From: Blastocatellia bacterium
Lineage (GTDB): Bacteria; Acidobacteriota; Blastocatellia; UBA7656
Assembly: GCA_963765495.1 (NCBI GenBank)
Contig: CAVXWP010000001.1
Location: forward strand, 480,001 to 544,000
Direction of reading: 5' to 3'
DNA: 64,000 nucleotides
Shown: positions 39,532 to 49,138 of the stretch, one piece after another
Numbering within the stretch: position 1 is the stretch's first letter
How the letters are laid out: each line of letters starts with the position of its first letter
Program-made: the position numbers and the translations under genes
The notes under the pieces: model-generated
What the model was told of the DNA's origin: nothing
The model's input: only the letters and a program-made list of their open reading frames with translations
Databases searched by the model: none

Positions 39532-39656
39532 TAGGTAATAAGTGAGTTCGGATATAGATCTCGAACACTCACAAGCGTCCACAGTTCGCACGCTCGTTTA
39601 TTGAATAATATTATTAAAACCAGGCGTGGCGTAGCCAAAGCGTATTGTGAAAATGA

Positions 39657-39688
39657 GAGGGGGCTTTAAGCCTCCTCTTTTACTTTTT
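39657..39688 (+). terminator. Rho-independent terminator
   Basis: AGAGGGGGC-TTTAA-GCCTCCTCT followed by TTTACTTTTT. Confidence 0.7.
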
Positions 39689-39801
39689 ACGCGGCTTTCA
39701 ATTCATCGGCAATAATCTTTATCGCCTACCAATTCTTATATCTTCATTGCATAACCACGGGGCAGGTTCAGTTTAATATGGATTGGATGTAGAATAGACG
39801 A

Positions 39802-40239
39802 GTGGAGAATAGAGACTCTACAACTATAAGAGCCGGAGTAACCGACCTGGCGGTGGCGGGCAAGATTCTTATCATCGAGGACAACACCGATTCCCGCGAC
39901 ATTCTATCAAAGCTGTTGAGGATGAGCGGGTACGATGTCGTTGCGGCATCTGATGGTGAAATCGGGCTGGCACGAGCAGCGGAGTATCTGCCAAACCTGA
40001 TTGTCACCGACATCAATATGCCCAAAATGGATGGAATCGAGTTTGTCAAAAAGGTGCGGCAGGACTCGCTGATGGCTCACATCCCCATTCTTGTAGTGAC
40101 CGCGTTTGGTTCGAACGTGGCTCGCGAAGCGATCAAGGCCGGGGCCGATGCGGCAGCCGAAAAACCTTTTGACTTCGACAAATTTCTCTCTACTGTAAAC
40201 AACCTTATCACACGCGGACGCACGGCTTCCCGCAATTGA
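39802..40239 (+). CDS. Single-domain response regulator (CheY-like)
   Basis: ILIIEDN, TDINMPKMDG, VVTA, KPF. Confidence 0.92.
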   Translation: MENRDSTTIRAGVTDLAVAGKILIIEDNTDSRDILSKLLRMSGYDVVAASDGEIGLARAAEYLPNLIVTDINMPKMDGIEFVKKVRQDSLMAHIPILVVTAFGSNVAREAIKAGADAAAEKPFDFDKFLSTVNNLITRGRTASRN

Positions 40240-40255
40240 ATTGCGCCAATCCGCC

Positions 40256-40873
40256 TCACTGATTTACCCGTGAACTGATCTCCTGCACGCGCGCCAGCAT
40301 GTCATAAAATATAGGCGAGGCTCCTTTATCTCCGCGTCTGAAGCCCCCTGCGTCTGCTGTAATCTGATCGGTCGAGTTCTTGATCGTGACATAGAAATGG
40401 CTCTCTTTGGCGGACTTCATGACATCGACTACGAATCTGGGCGCCTGTTTATCAAAAAAGCGCGTGATCATAGGTTTGTCCTTGCCCACGGCCTCTTCGG
40501 TCTGAGCGAATTTCTTGGCCTCGTTCATGATGGCTTCGAAAATGAGCACATGTTGAAGCAGGTATGTGCCCGAAAGGACCAGCCCGTCCTCATTTTTCAT
40601 GAGAATGGTGAACCGTTTTGTAGACTGAGGGACGTTAGAGATGTAAAAACTCGTTCCCTCGGCGCTGACAGTCTTATCTTTGCTGTGTTTTTTGGCCTCC
40701 ATCCGCATCGTCGATATTTCGGCGGCGGACGGGTCTCTGGGCACACCCTTTTCGACCTTCGGCCTCGGCTGTTTTTGAGCAGGGTCGTATGACTTCTGGC
40801 CCAATGACGTTATTGGCGCTAAGACGATCAACAGCGCCAGGCTCAGGAATTTTTTAACCATATCAAACTTCAT
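40256..40873 (-). CDS. Secreted hypothetical protein
   Basis: GAGGT RBS and signal peptide; no recognised motif. Confidence 0.7.
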   Translation of the reverse strand: MKFDMVKKFLSLALLIVLAPITSLGQKSYDPAQKQPRPKVEKGVPRDPSAAEISTMRMEAKKHSKDKTVSAEGTSFYISNVPQSTKRFTILMKNEDGLVLSGTYLLQHVLIFEAIMNEAKKFAQTEEAVGKDKPMITRFFDKQAPRFVVDVMKSAKESHFYVTIKNSTDQITADAGGFRRGDKGASPIFYDMLARVQEISSRVNQ

Positions 40874-41008
40874 AAACTTACCTCAGGAATTGCAACACCC
40901 TTTACTAACGCGCCGATTGGCGAAGGGTTGCATTTTCAGGCGGGCGCAAGGCGGAAAGATTTGAACCCCGATTGACTGCCCAACTGCTCATTAAAAAAAC
41001 GAAGCCGA

Positions 41009-42007
41009 TCATTTGGCTTCAAGTACCTCATTGCCCGCAGGCAATGACTCTTTCCTGCTCCCCTGCAACATATATATTATTGCGCCGGGCAGGCTCGTCA
41101 CTAAAAGTACGCCAAGCCACAGGAAGGCCAGCGCCGAAGACAACTCTGCCGGTCGGGACGAGTCCACGACAACCTGCGAGAAGAAGAATATGTAAGAGAA
41201 TTCGCGCCATCCCATCCCGTTTACAGAAACAGGCATCATGCTTATCAGGCCGATTGCCGGGATGAATACTACGTAATCCATCCAACCGTGCGTCGTGTGC
41301 ATGCCTATGGATTCAGCCGTTAGCATATTGACCACCGAGCAGCCGAATTGCACTATCAGAGACAATATCATCACGACCGCAATCAGCTTCCACTTGCCCC
41401 GGTAGGAATTGACCGACTGAAACAATCGCTCGACCTTCTGGTCGGCCTCTTTCATTTTGAACAGGGCAAGCAATTTGTGGAGCAGGTTGTAGGTAGGGCG
41501 GTAAAAGAGCGCCAGATTCGCTCCGGCGAATGCCAGACCGATCAGGACGAAGATCGGAGCCAGCAGAATCCCTTTTATCGCGGTCCCGGCAATTGCCGCA
41601 ACTACGGTGGCCATCAAAAGCAGGGCCGTCATTCCAAAATCTCTGTCGAGAAAAACCGAGGTCGTTGATCGCCCGAGTTTGCCCGTCTCTTTGTTGAGAT
41701 AATAGACGCGGAACACATCCCCGCCTATACCGGTCGGCATAAAGTTGTTGAAAAACATTCCGAGAAGGTAAAACCGCAGAAGCTTGCCGTAGCCGATTTC
41801 TATGCCGAGAGGTTGCAGCAGCAGATACCACCGATATGCGCTCAACCCCTGTATAAGGAAATATACCAGGATCGCCAGACCGAAATAGGTTATGCTGGCA
41901 TCTTGCAGGATGGTCTTCAGATGGCCAATATCAATCTTTCTGAATATGTATACGTAAAGGCCGAGGCTCACCGCGATCTTTAACGCTGTTATTGCAGTCT
42001 TCTTCAT
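41009..42007 (-). CDS. Lysylphosphatidylglycerol synthase TM / flippase-like membrane protein
   Basis: AYRW, FFNNFMPTGIGGDVFR, DR, PVSVNGMGWRE. Confidence 0.88.
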   Translation of the reverse strand: MKKTAITALKIAVSLGLYVYIFRKIDIGHLKTILQDASITYFGLAILVYFLIQGLSAYRWYLLLQPLGIEIGYGKLLRFYLLGMFFNNFMPTGIGGDVFRVYYLNKETGKLGRSTTSVFLDRDFGMTALLLMATVVAAIAGTAIKGILLAPIFVLIGLAFAGANLALFYRPTYNLLHKLLALFKMKEADQKVERLFQSVNSYRGKWKLIAVVMILSLIVQFGCSVVNMLTAESIGMHTTHGWMDYVVFIPAIGLISMMPVSVNGMGWREFSYIFFFSQVVVDSSRPAELSSALAFLWLGVLLVTSLPGAIIYMLQGSRKESLPAGNEVLEAK

Positions 42008-43695
42008 TCCGAGCCTGTTTGTCTGCTCCTGTTCGATATTAGCACTACTTGAGGGGTTTCACCTCGATCAAGAAGGCCCCTCAACTTTAATCGAAAAACC
42101 GGCCTGCTTGCAAGAATTATTGTTGGAACGGAAAGCGATTGCTCGACCTCTCGATAATCTTCCTCCGTCATCAAACAGTAAACATCTTTGCCGGAAGAAA
42201 AGATGTTTTTCAGGTCTTGAAGTTCATATTCTTCGAAAACGGGTCTCCGTAGATAGAACACCATGCTCGGCGATGCGAATCTGTAATATCCAACCAGGGC
42301 ATCAGCGCCCGCCTTTTCGCCTATGATTTCCGACAGCGCCCGCGCGGGTTTGTAGCGTTCGAAATCCGGCAGCGTCCACAGCACAAAGACCCAGTTGACT
42401 GCAATTATCGGTATAATTGTCCACACGACGCATGCAAAATCCCTGCGGCGCAAAGCCGTAAAGACGGCAAAGGCCCCACCCGCAAGCGCGATGACGCCAA
42501 TAGCCGTGGCCCCGGCCAGATAGTAGTCTCTTATCAAATAGCCAAACAGATAAAGAATCGCCGCGCCGCCCATTGCTGTCAGAACGCCTATCGCAACCAT
42601 AATCCACCGGGTCAATCGAGGAGCGGGACGCCCGTCACCCGGCTCTGTAAATCGAGCCAGCAGGCAACCCACTATCGCGGCAGCCGCCGGATAGATCGGA
42701 AGGATATAGAGGTCTTCCTTGTTGCTTGAAATCGAGAAGAATATAACTATCACCGCTATCCAGATCAGGAGGAGCAACCGCGTATCCGGCCTCTTTTCAT
42801 CGACGGTTTGCTCGCGCCTTTTGAGACGAAAGCGCGCCGCAAGCCATACGGCCACAGGCAATAAGATTGACCACGGAAACATGTCGCCAAGTATGACGGG
42901 CAGATAGAAGAATAAGCTCCGGCGCGGCCCCCACACAGGCTCGGTGTAGCGCGAAAGATTGTCTTTTAGAAGAAATGTCTTGATATAGAGCCATCCGTGC
43001 TCAGAATAAACGGTCGCGTACCACGGCAGCACGATTGCCGTGACTATGACCAGTCCTGCGGGCAGCATCACACGTCTGATTCTGCTCAGATCGCCTGTAA
43101 CGGCAAGATATATAAAAAAGGCCAGGGCGGGCAGGACGACGGCTACAGGCCCTTTGGTTAAAATGCCAAACCCAACCGCCGCATACATCAATGCCAGATA
43201 AAGCCGTCTTCGATGGGGGCGGTTTTCGGCCAGAACAAAAAAGAGCAGCGCGAGACCCATGAACATGGCCAGATACACGTCAATCATTATCCGGCGTGAA
43301 AACATCAGAAAGCGCGGAGAGGCCCCAAGCGCAAGGGCCGCAAACAATCCCGCTTCGATTGAGAGCATAAGACGACCGAGCGCAAAAGCGGTCGCTATCA
43401 TGGTCAGTGCGCCAATCATTATCGCGAAACGCTCGGTCGTTTCCGAAACACCGAAGAGATGATAGAAGGCAGCTACTATCCAGTAAGAGAGCGGCGGCTT
43501 GTTGAATCGGGGCTGATAGTTGAACGTAGGGTTTATATAGTCGGAGGCTTCGATCATCTCGCGGGGGGTCTCGGCATAAAAGGCTTCGTTTGAGTCCCAG
43601 AGCGAGGACGCGCCCAGATTGACGAAATAAGGGGTCAGGGCCAGGGCCACGAGGAGGGCAAGTGCGAGCCGCCTGTCGGCAAATAAGGTCTTCAT
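42004..43695 (-). CDS. ArnT-like glycosyltransferase (GT-C, family 39/83)
   Basis: DSNEAFYAETPREM, FNKPPLSYW, LTKGP, YILPIYP; overlaps the next gene by ATGA. Confidence 0.88.
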   Translation of the reverse strand: MKTLFADRRLALALLVALALTPYFVNLGASSLWDSNEAFYAETPREMIEASDYINPTFNYQPRFNKPPLSYWIVAAFYHLFGVSETTERFAIMIGALTMIATAFALGRLMLSIEAGLFAALALGASPRFLMFSRRIMIDVYLAMFMGLALLFFVLAENRPHRRRLYLALMYAAVGFGILTKGPVAVVLPALAFFIYLAVTGDLSRIRRVMLPAGLVIVTAIVLPWYATVYSEHGWLYIKTFLLKDNLSRYTEPVWGPRRSLFFYLPVILGDMFPWSILLPVAVWLAARFRLKRREQTVDEKRPDTRLLLLIWIAVIVIFFSISSNKEDLYILPIYPAAAAIVGCLLARFTEPGDGRPAPRLTRWIMVAIGVLTAMGGAAILYLFGYLIRDYYLAGATAIGVIALAGGAFAVFTALRRRDFACVVWTIIPIIAVNWVFVLWTLPDFERYKPARALSEIIGEKAGADALVGYYRFASPSMVFYLRRPVFEEYELQDLKNIFSSGKDVYCLMTEEDYREVEQSLSVPTIILASRPVFRLKLRGLLDRGETPQVVLISNRSRQTGSE

Positions 43696-43923
43696 CAACA
43701 AGGAAAGCTTACTATCACAGCCCGCCTTTGCCCGCAAGAGCGGCAGGACGACAATCTTCGCCGCGCGATATTCCCTGCAATATTCTCTGCAATATTCTCT
43801 ACTCGCGCTTGCCCGCTATATAGATACGGCCCGGGCTCATTACCCCGCTCTCCGATGGTCGGCAGACATATTCACCGCTCCTGTGCTAAATTTGCCTACC
43901 CGATCACACTGGAGGAAAAAACA

Positions 43924-44751
43924 ATGATCCGAATGATATTTTCATCTCTTTTTCTAATGGCAATCGCCTGTCTGTCGGCCTCGGCCCAAACTGCCGATAT
44001 CGTTAGCACGCGCGATATGAGCGACATCAACTGGATGGAGTTCAGAGACGTGGTTCCGACAAAGATAAATACCGTGATACTGCCCACAGGCACGCTTGAG
44101 CCGCACGGCGTAATCAATAACGGTGCCGACATCACCGCGCCTGTGGCGATGGCGCACAAAATGGCCCGCGAAGTAAACGCGCTTGTCGCGCCTGTCATTC
44201 CCTACGGGATCACGGGCAGCATGGATGCCTATCCGGGCGCGTTCTCGATTTCCGAATCCGCTTATCGCGCATACGTGACCGACGTGATGACGGGGCTGGC
44301 TAAGAACGGGTTTCGCAACATCGTTGTGCTGAACGGGCACGGCGGCCCGCAGACAGCCGTGCTCACACAGGTAGCGATGTCCATAGGACAGGAAAAGCGC
44401 GTGCGAACGCTCGTTATCAACTGGTGGAGTTTTGCCTCTGATGTGACGCTTTCGGTCTTTGGAGAAGACGGCGGCCACGCCGGGTGGAACGAGACAGCCG
44501 CCATTCAGGCGGTTGACCCCAGGCTTGTGCACCCGGAGAGGTATTCCGACGAACTGGCTACACCCTATCCTGCGCCCGGCACCTATACGGCATACCCTTC
44601 ACCCTCTTCAATCGGGCTGTACAAGGAGGGCCAGGGCTACCCCAAATTCGATCAAAAGAAAGCGGATGAATACTTTTCAAAAGTGACGGAGAAAGTCGCG
44701 CGTCTTATCATAGATACCCGGCGAAAGTGGGACCTGGCAGGAGTCAATTGA
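43924..44751 (+). CDS. Creatininase family protein with signal peptide
   Basis: PTGTLEPHG, NGHGG, GHAGWNET; GGAGG RBS. Confidence 0.85.
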   Translation: MIRMIFSSLFLMAIACLSASAQTADIVSTRDMSDINWMEFRDVVPTKINTVILPTGTLEPHGVINNGADITAPVAMAHKMAREVNALVAPVIPYGITGSMDAYPGAFSISESAYRAYVTDVMTGLAKNGFRNIVVLNGHGGPQTAVLTQVAMSIGQEKRVRTLVINWWSFASDVTLSVFGEDGGHAGWNETAAIQAVDPRLVHPERYSDELATPYPAPGTYTAYPSPSSIGLYKEGQGYPKFDQKKADEYFSKVTEKVARLIIDTRRKWDLAGVN

Positions 44752-44835
44752 GATTTGAGATTTGAAGCGCGAGAGCGAATTTCAGAATGCTTGAATGAGT
44801 CAGCCTTTACGTATCGAATCTCGAATCTCAAATTC
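44746..44835. repeat. TTTGAGA/TCTCAAA heptamer inverted array
   Basis: AATTGAGATTTGAGATTTGA ... CGAATCTCGAATCTCAAATT between convergent genes. Confidence 0.7.
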
Positions 44836-44841
44836 TATCCG

Positions 44842-45945
44842 TCAGTACCAGCGCGCAGATGTTGATAATACCGTAAGATCGCGGTCAAGCGTTACGTTCA
44901 TCTGAAGCGGGAACCGCAGATCGCGCAGCAGGAGCGTGTAGCCTGCATCGGTCTCTTCTACCGTGGCTGAGGTGAAACGAGCGAAGTTCAAAAACCGGCG
45001 CGTATCGTTTGACTGGCGAAGCGCCTCCAGGAATCGAGGCTCGATCCTGGGGGCTTCGCGCCATCGGGTATTTTTTTGTATGAGGTCCACTTCGCCTGAA
45101 TAAACGAGCGTGTCTGTGACGGCGACCGACCCCCATGCGGGAGGGTAAGCGGGTACGGGCCACGCGGCCAGAGTGTAAGAGTTTTCGACCGGCGGATTTT
45201 GCCTGGCCTGTTGCAAAGCGGATTGATGCGCCAGCCACATCCCCGCGTAATAGACACCCAGAAACAGAAGCGAATAGCGCGCAAGCCTGTTGCCCGCGCG
45301 ACCCCATCCTAGCACGGACCCGGCTATGATTATCGCAAGACCGACAAACCAGACGACGCGCGCACTTACGGGAATGGCCGCCATTCCGTATTGCGGCTGG
45401 CGAAAAGCGAGCGCGACTACAAGCGACGCGGCTACGGCCAAGACAAGCCAGAATACTATTCGCAAACCGTCTTTTGCCGTCAGCCACACGACGGCTGACC
45501 CGAGTATGAGCCATATCCACGGATCGGCGACAAAGATCGTATCGCCGTAAAACCAGCGATTGCTAAAGGGCAGAAGCGGGCGCACCCCGTAGTTGTTCGT
45601 GAAATCCATGAAGAGGTGTCCAAGGCCCCCAAGCAGCGCTAACCAGAATATCCTCATGGGTCTGACCGGCCTTCGAAACAGATCGCGGCGCAAGCGGAAC
45701 CTGCGGTTTAGATATACCAGAGCGAGCGTCAATAACCCTGCCAGCAGCGCAAGACCTATAAACGAATGCGTGAATCCGCGATGATGCTCCAGATAAGAGA
45801 GCGTGTCGCTCCAGATCGCTGTCAGCGCATCTATGTCAGGAAGATTTGATGAGATAACGAGTGTCGTAGTGGCAAGCGGGGTTGCGCGTTCGAGCCCGGC
45901 CTTTGCCAGACCAAGCCCGAGAAGTGTGTGGCTGAGGTTTTCCAT
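44842..45945 (-). CDS. Membrane-bound metal-dependent hydrolase (YdjM-like)
   Basis: MENLSHTLLG, PDID, HHRGFTHS, HLFMD...YG. Confidence 0.88.
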   Translation of the reverse strand: MENLSHTLLGLGLAKAGLERATPLATTTLVISSNLPDIDALTAIWSDTLSYLEHHRGFTHSFIGLALLAGLLTLALVYLNRRFRLRRDLFRRPVRPMRIFWLALLGGLGHLFMDFTNNYGVRPLLPFSNRWFYGDTIFVADPWIWLILGSAVVWLTAKDGLRIVFWLVLAVAASLVVALAFRQPQYGMAAIPVSARVVWFVGLAIIIAGSVLGWGRAGNRLARYSLLFLGVYYAGMWLAHQSALQQARQNPPVENSYTLAAWPVPAYPPAWGSVAVTDTLVYSGEVDLIQKNTRWREAPRIEPRFLEALRQSNDTRRFLNFARFTSATVEETDAGYTLLLRDLRFPLQMNVTLDRDLTVLSTSARWY

Positions 45946-46029
45946 CTGAGATTGGCTGGCCTACCATAAGATGAAAGAGCGGTCGGTGACGGTGTTATAC
46001 GTTACCGACCGCCAGCCTTTGCCGGATGA

Positions 46030-46821
46030 CTAACGAATACCTGATATCGTTCCGGAATCGGGCGGGGGCAGGTCTTTGACCCGTTCAGGCGCGACGACTG
46101 CGAGCCGCTTCTCGGCTTCTCCGCCCTGGCCCGTTGCGCGCTCGGCCTTTGCCGCCTCGAAATAGGCGTCTCCGGCCTTTTGCTTGTCTCCCGCCCTTTC
46201 ATAGGCGAGTCCCAAACCTCGCTGAACACCCGCGTTCGGGACATTTGTGGATGTGAGCAATTTTTCGTAGAGCGGTATAGCCTTATCGGTTTCGCCTGCC
46301 GCCGCGTAGCTTTCGGCGAGCGCCATACGCGCCAGATCCGATGTCGGCTGGCTTTCGTCTTTTATAGCCTGCTCAAGCAACTGTCTGCCACGGTCGCGGT
46401 CCAGATGAAGATATGAGACTCCCGCGTAATAGCGCCCGATTGTGCCGTAAAAGCTTGGATAGTTTTTAGACAACGCCTCAAACGCATCGGCTGACTCCTG
46501 CCATTTCGTCTTTTCGTCGGTGTAGGTCTTTCCCGTTTGAGGGGTGCTGTCGGTCGTCGTCGAATCGAGGACAGGCGCTTTGTACTTATCGAATGCCTCG
46601 GCGAAGGCCGTAGCCGCTTTCGAATCTCTGTATTCGAAAAAATAATACCCGGCCGTGTAGAGCACGACCAGCCCGGCTATAACGCCGACGGCGATAACTA
46701 CGGGCCGACCTCTTTCCTGAAGCCAATCCTGTGTCTTCTCATAGAAGCGGATCATCGGGTCGTTTCTGAAACGCATCTCTTTGACCGAGATCCGGTTTTT
46801 TTTCCTGCTCATCTTTGCCAA
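46030..46821 (-). CDS. YfgM-like membrane-anchored TPR protein
   Basis: Basic N-terminus, a single TM, then TPR helices. Confidence 0.72.
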   Translation of the reverse strand: MAKMSRKKNRISVKEMRFRNDPMIRFYEKTQDWLQERGRPVVIAVGVIAGLVVLYTAGYYFFEYRDSKAATAFAEAFDKYKAPVLDSTTTDSTPQTGKTYTDEKTKWQESADAFEALSKNYPSFYGTIGRYYAGVSYLHLDRDRGRQLLEQAIKDESQPTSDLARMALAESYAAAGETDKAIPLYEKLLTSTNVPNAGVQRGLGLAYERAGDKQKAGDAYFEAAKAERATGQGGEAEKRLAVVAPERVKDLPPPDSGTISGIR

Positions 46822-47040
46822 AACTCTAAATCCTCCCGGATGCCTGACCGGGCGCGCCTCGGAACTTTTCCGAACGGACTTTTGAATCGCGCGCCATACG
46901 GCCGACTGCCCTGACTGGTAAAGTAAACGACAACATAACGGCCGCAGGCCGAAATTGTCAAGATTGGCGCGCCGGCAGATATGAGTGGGGGTCTATATGG
47001 CAGGGGTATTTAGTTTCCTAAAACGTAGCATAGGAAAGTT

Positions 47041-47090
47041 GAAATAGACCGGGACGGACGCGGATGCGATTGATTTTCGCGGTCTATTTC
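47041..47090. repeat. Short family B element
   Basis: GAAATAGACCGGGACGGACGCGGAT...GGTCTATTTC. Confidence 0.8.
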
Positions 47091-47238
47091 TATTCCCTGA
47101 TCTTTATTTTGAAGAAAACTGGATACTTCAAAATCGAAGCTCGTCGTTGTCAACGCTTGCGCTTGTTCTGTCTTCAGGCGGCATGGTATAAATCTCGAAT
47201 TACATTTGCTTGAAAAACGATGTCTTACACGATTATAG

Positions 47239-48567
47239 ATGCTAAATCTCATCATTACTAAACTAATCATCAGGCCGATCGTTTCAATCTTTGCGTTTGC
47301 GCAGGGAGCAGCCTCTGCGCTGTGGACCTTTCCATCCGTTTTGGGCTCGGCGATCTTGATAGCCTGGGGGGCGGAAGCGGCTCAATTTCTGGTCTCGCAA
47401 GGGCTGGCGCTCGCAATACTTGCGTGGTTGCAGACGCTGCCGGAATTTGCGGTCGAGGCCGTGATAGCCTGGCAGGCGGGAGAGGTGGCCCGCACAAGCA
47501 CGGACCCCTATCAGGTGCAGCACGCAACGGCGCTGATGACGGCCAATTTCACCGGGAGTCTCAGGTTGCTGGTCGGACTGGGCTGGCCTATGATCTATGC
47601 GACCGCGGCCACGTTTTATCGCAGGAAGCACAAGAAGAGGCTCGGCGCGATCACGCTCGAACCCGAGCACTCGGTCGAGATAGTCTTTCTGCTCATCTCG
47701 ATCTTCTATTTTACAATCGTCTGGTTCAAGGGCACGCTCAACTGGGTTGATACGGTTTTGTTGAGCATAATCTATTTCGTCTATCTCTATTTTTTGAACA
47801 AGATTCCGCCGCAGAGCGAAGAGAAGATGGAAGACCTGGACCGGATTCCGCGATACATACTCCAGCAGAAGCGGGCCATGCGCAACGCGATCATCGGAGG
47901 GCTGTTTGCCGGGGGCGGGTTGATACTCTACTTTACGGCGCACCCGTTTCTGGAGAGCCTCAAATCGATTGCCGTGGGGCTTGGGATTTCCACGTTCGTT
48001 TTCATTCAATGGGTCGCGCCTTTTTTGTCCGAATTTCCAGAGAAAGTCTCGGCATTCAACTGGGCGCGCCGCATCGTCACAGCGCCCATGGCGTTGATGA
48101 ACATGGTCAGCTCGAATATAAATCAGTGGACAATGCTTGTGGCCATGCTGCCCATCGCATACGCGCTGGCGCTGGGCGGATTCGGCACTATAGTTTTCGA
48201 TCATCATCAGAAGGTTGAAATACTTTTGACCATAGGTCAGTCGCTGCTTGGCGCGCTTTTGCTTGCAAACATGCGATTTGCCTGGTGGGAGGCCGCGTTA
48301 CTTTTCGCGTTATGGCTTATTCAGTTTGTGCTATCGGGGTTTGAAAGACCGCTCGACCCGTCTGTGCCTTCCAACAGCCTTGCCGTTTACGTCGCGGGCC
48401 TCGTTTCGGTAGGGGCCACCGAAATAGAGTTGCTCGCTCAGCGCGGGAAGGAAATCATAACCGGCCTCTATTTTCTGTGGACCGCCATCATTATCGCGCT
48501 GGCCTTCAAGCGCAGGGGCTTCGAAGCGCTGACTACTTTCCCTCGCTTGATGCGCGAGCACTGGTAA
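47239..48567 (+). CDS. Na+/Ca2+ exchanger-family (CaCA) membrane protein
   Basis: Alpha repeats QTLPEFAV...ANFTGS and SEFPEK...SSNINQWT. Confidence 0.82.
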   Translation: MLNLIITKLIIRPIVSIFAFAQGAASALWTFPSVLGSAILIAWGAEAAQFLVSQGLALAILAWLQTLPEFAVEAVIAWQAGEVARTSTDPYQVQHATALMTANFTGSLRLLVGLGWPMIYATAATFYRRKHKKRLGAITLEPEHSVEIVFLLISIFYFTIVWFKGTLNWVDTVLLSIIYFVYLYFLNKIPPQSEEKMEDLDRIPRYILQQKRAMRNAIIGGLFAGGGLILYFTAHPFLESLKSIAVGLGISTFVFIQWVAPFLSEFPEKVSAFNWARRIVTAPMALMNMVSSNINQWTMLVAMLPIAYALALGGFGTIVFDHHQKVEILLTIGQSLLGALLLANMRFAWWEAALLFALWLIQFVLSGFERPLDPSVPSNSLAVYVAGLVSVGATEIELLAQRGKEIITGLYFLWTAIIIALAFKRRGFEALTTFPRLMREHW

Positions 48568-48601
48568 CAACAGTCGCCTGCTTTATCGGAGGCTTGCATC
48601 T

Positions 48602-49081
48602 ATGACGATAAAGACTTTACTTGTGCCGACCGATTTCAGCGAAAACGCCCGGAGGGCTTTCGAGCAGGCATACTCTCTGGCCTGCCAGCTTGGCGCAAAG
48701 CTCTATGTGCTGCACGTTCAGGATGAAAGCAATCTGAGAACGGCGATCAAAGAGGGGCTTTTCGATCCCGGTTCCACGGATGAAGGTCTGAGAGAAGCCG
48801 TCGAGCAACTGACCGAGCAGAGGTTTTCGGAGATGCTGGCCGGTATAGACCAGACTCAAATCGAAATAGAGCATCTGTCGCGTCGGGGCGATTCGAGAAT
48901 CGCTATCATTGACTTCGCCGTCGAGGTCAGCGCCGATCTGATTGTGATAGGCATGCGCGGGGCCGGTGTTATAGAAAAGCTCAAGAGCGCCCTTATGGGT
49001 TCGATAGCCGAATGCGTCCTCAGACGCGCGCCCTGTCCTGTTCTCGTCGTCCGCCTCGACCACAAATCCGCCGACGGGTAA
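48602..49081 (+). CDS. Universal stress protein
   Basis: LLVPTDFS, ADLIVIGMRG, MGSIAECVLRRAPCPVLVV. Confidence 0.93.
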   Translation: MTIKTLLVPTDFSENARRAFEQAYSLACQLGAKLYVLHVQDESNLRTAIKEGLFDPGSTDEGLREAVEQLTEQRFSEMLAGIDQTQIEIEHLSRRGDSRIAIIDFAVEVSADLIVIGMRGAGVIEKLKSALMGSIAECVLRRAPCPVLVVRLDHKSADG

Positions 49082-49138
49082 ATATTCTCAGAATTGAGAA
49101 CCTTACACATCGGCGGATGATCGGGCTCAGTGGAGCGA

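Noticed and set aside
43768-43801. 12-nt tandem AATATTCTCTGC x3 (and a 13-nt duplication at 35443-35468)
   Set aside because: Could be operators, but simple slippage explains them equally well; no supporting evidence.
47284-48207. 307-aa minus-strand ORF
   Set aside because: Antisense shadow of the CaCA exchanger.
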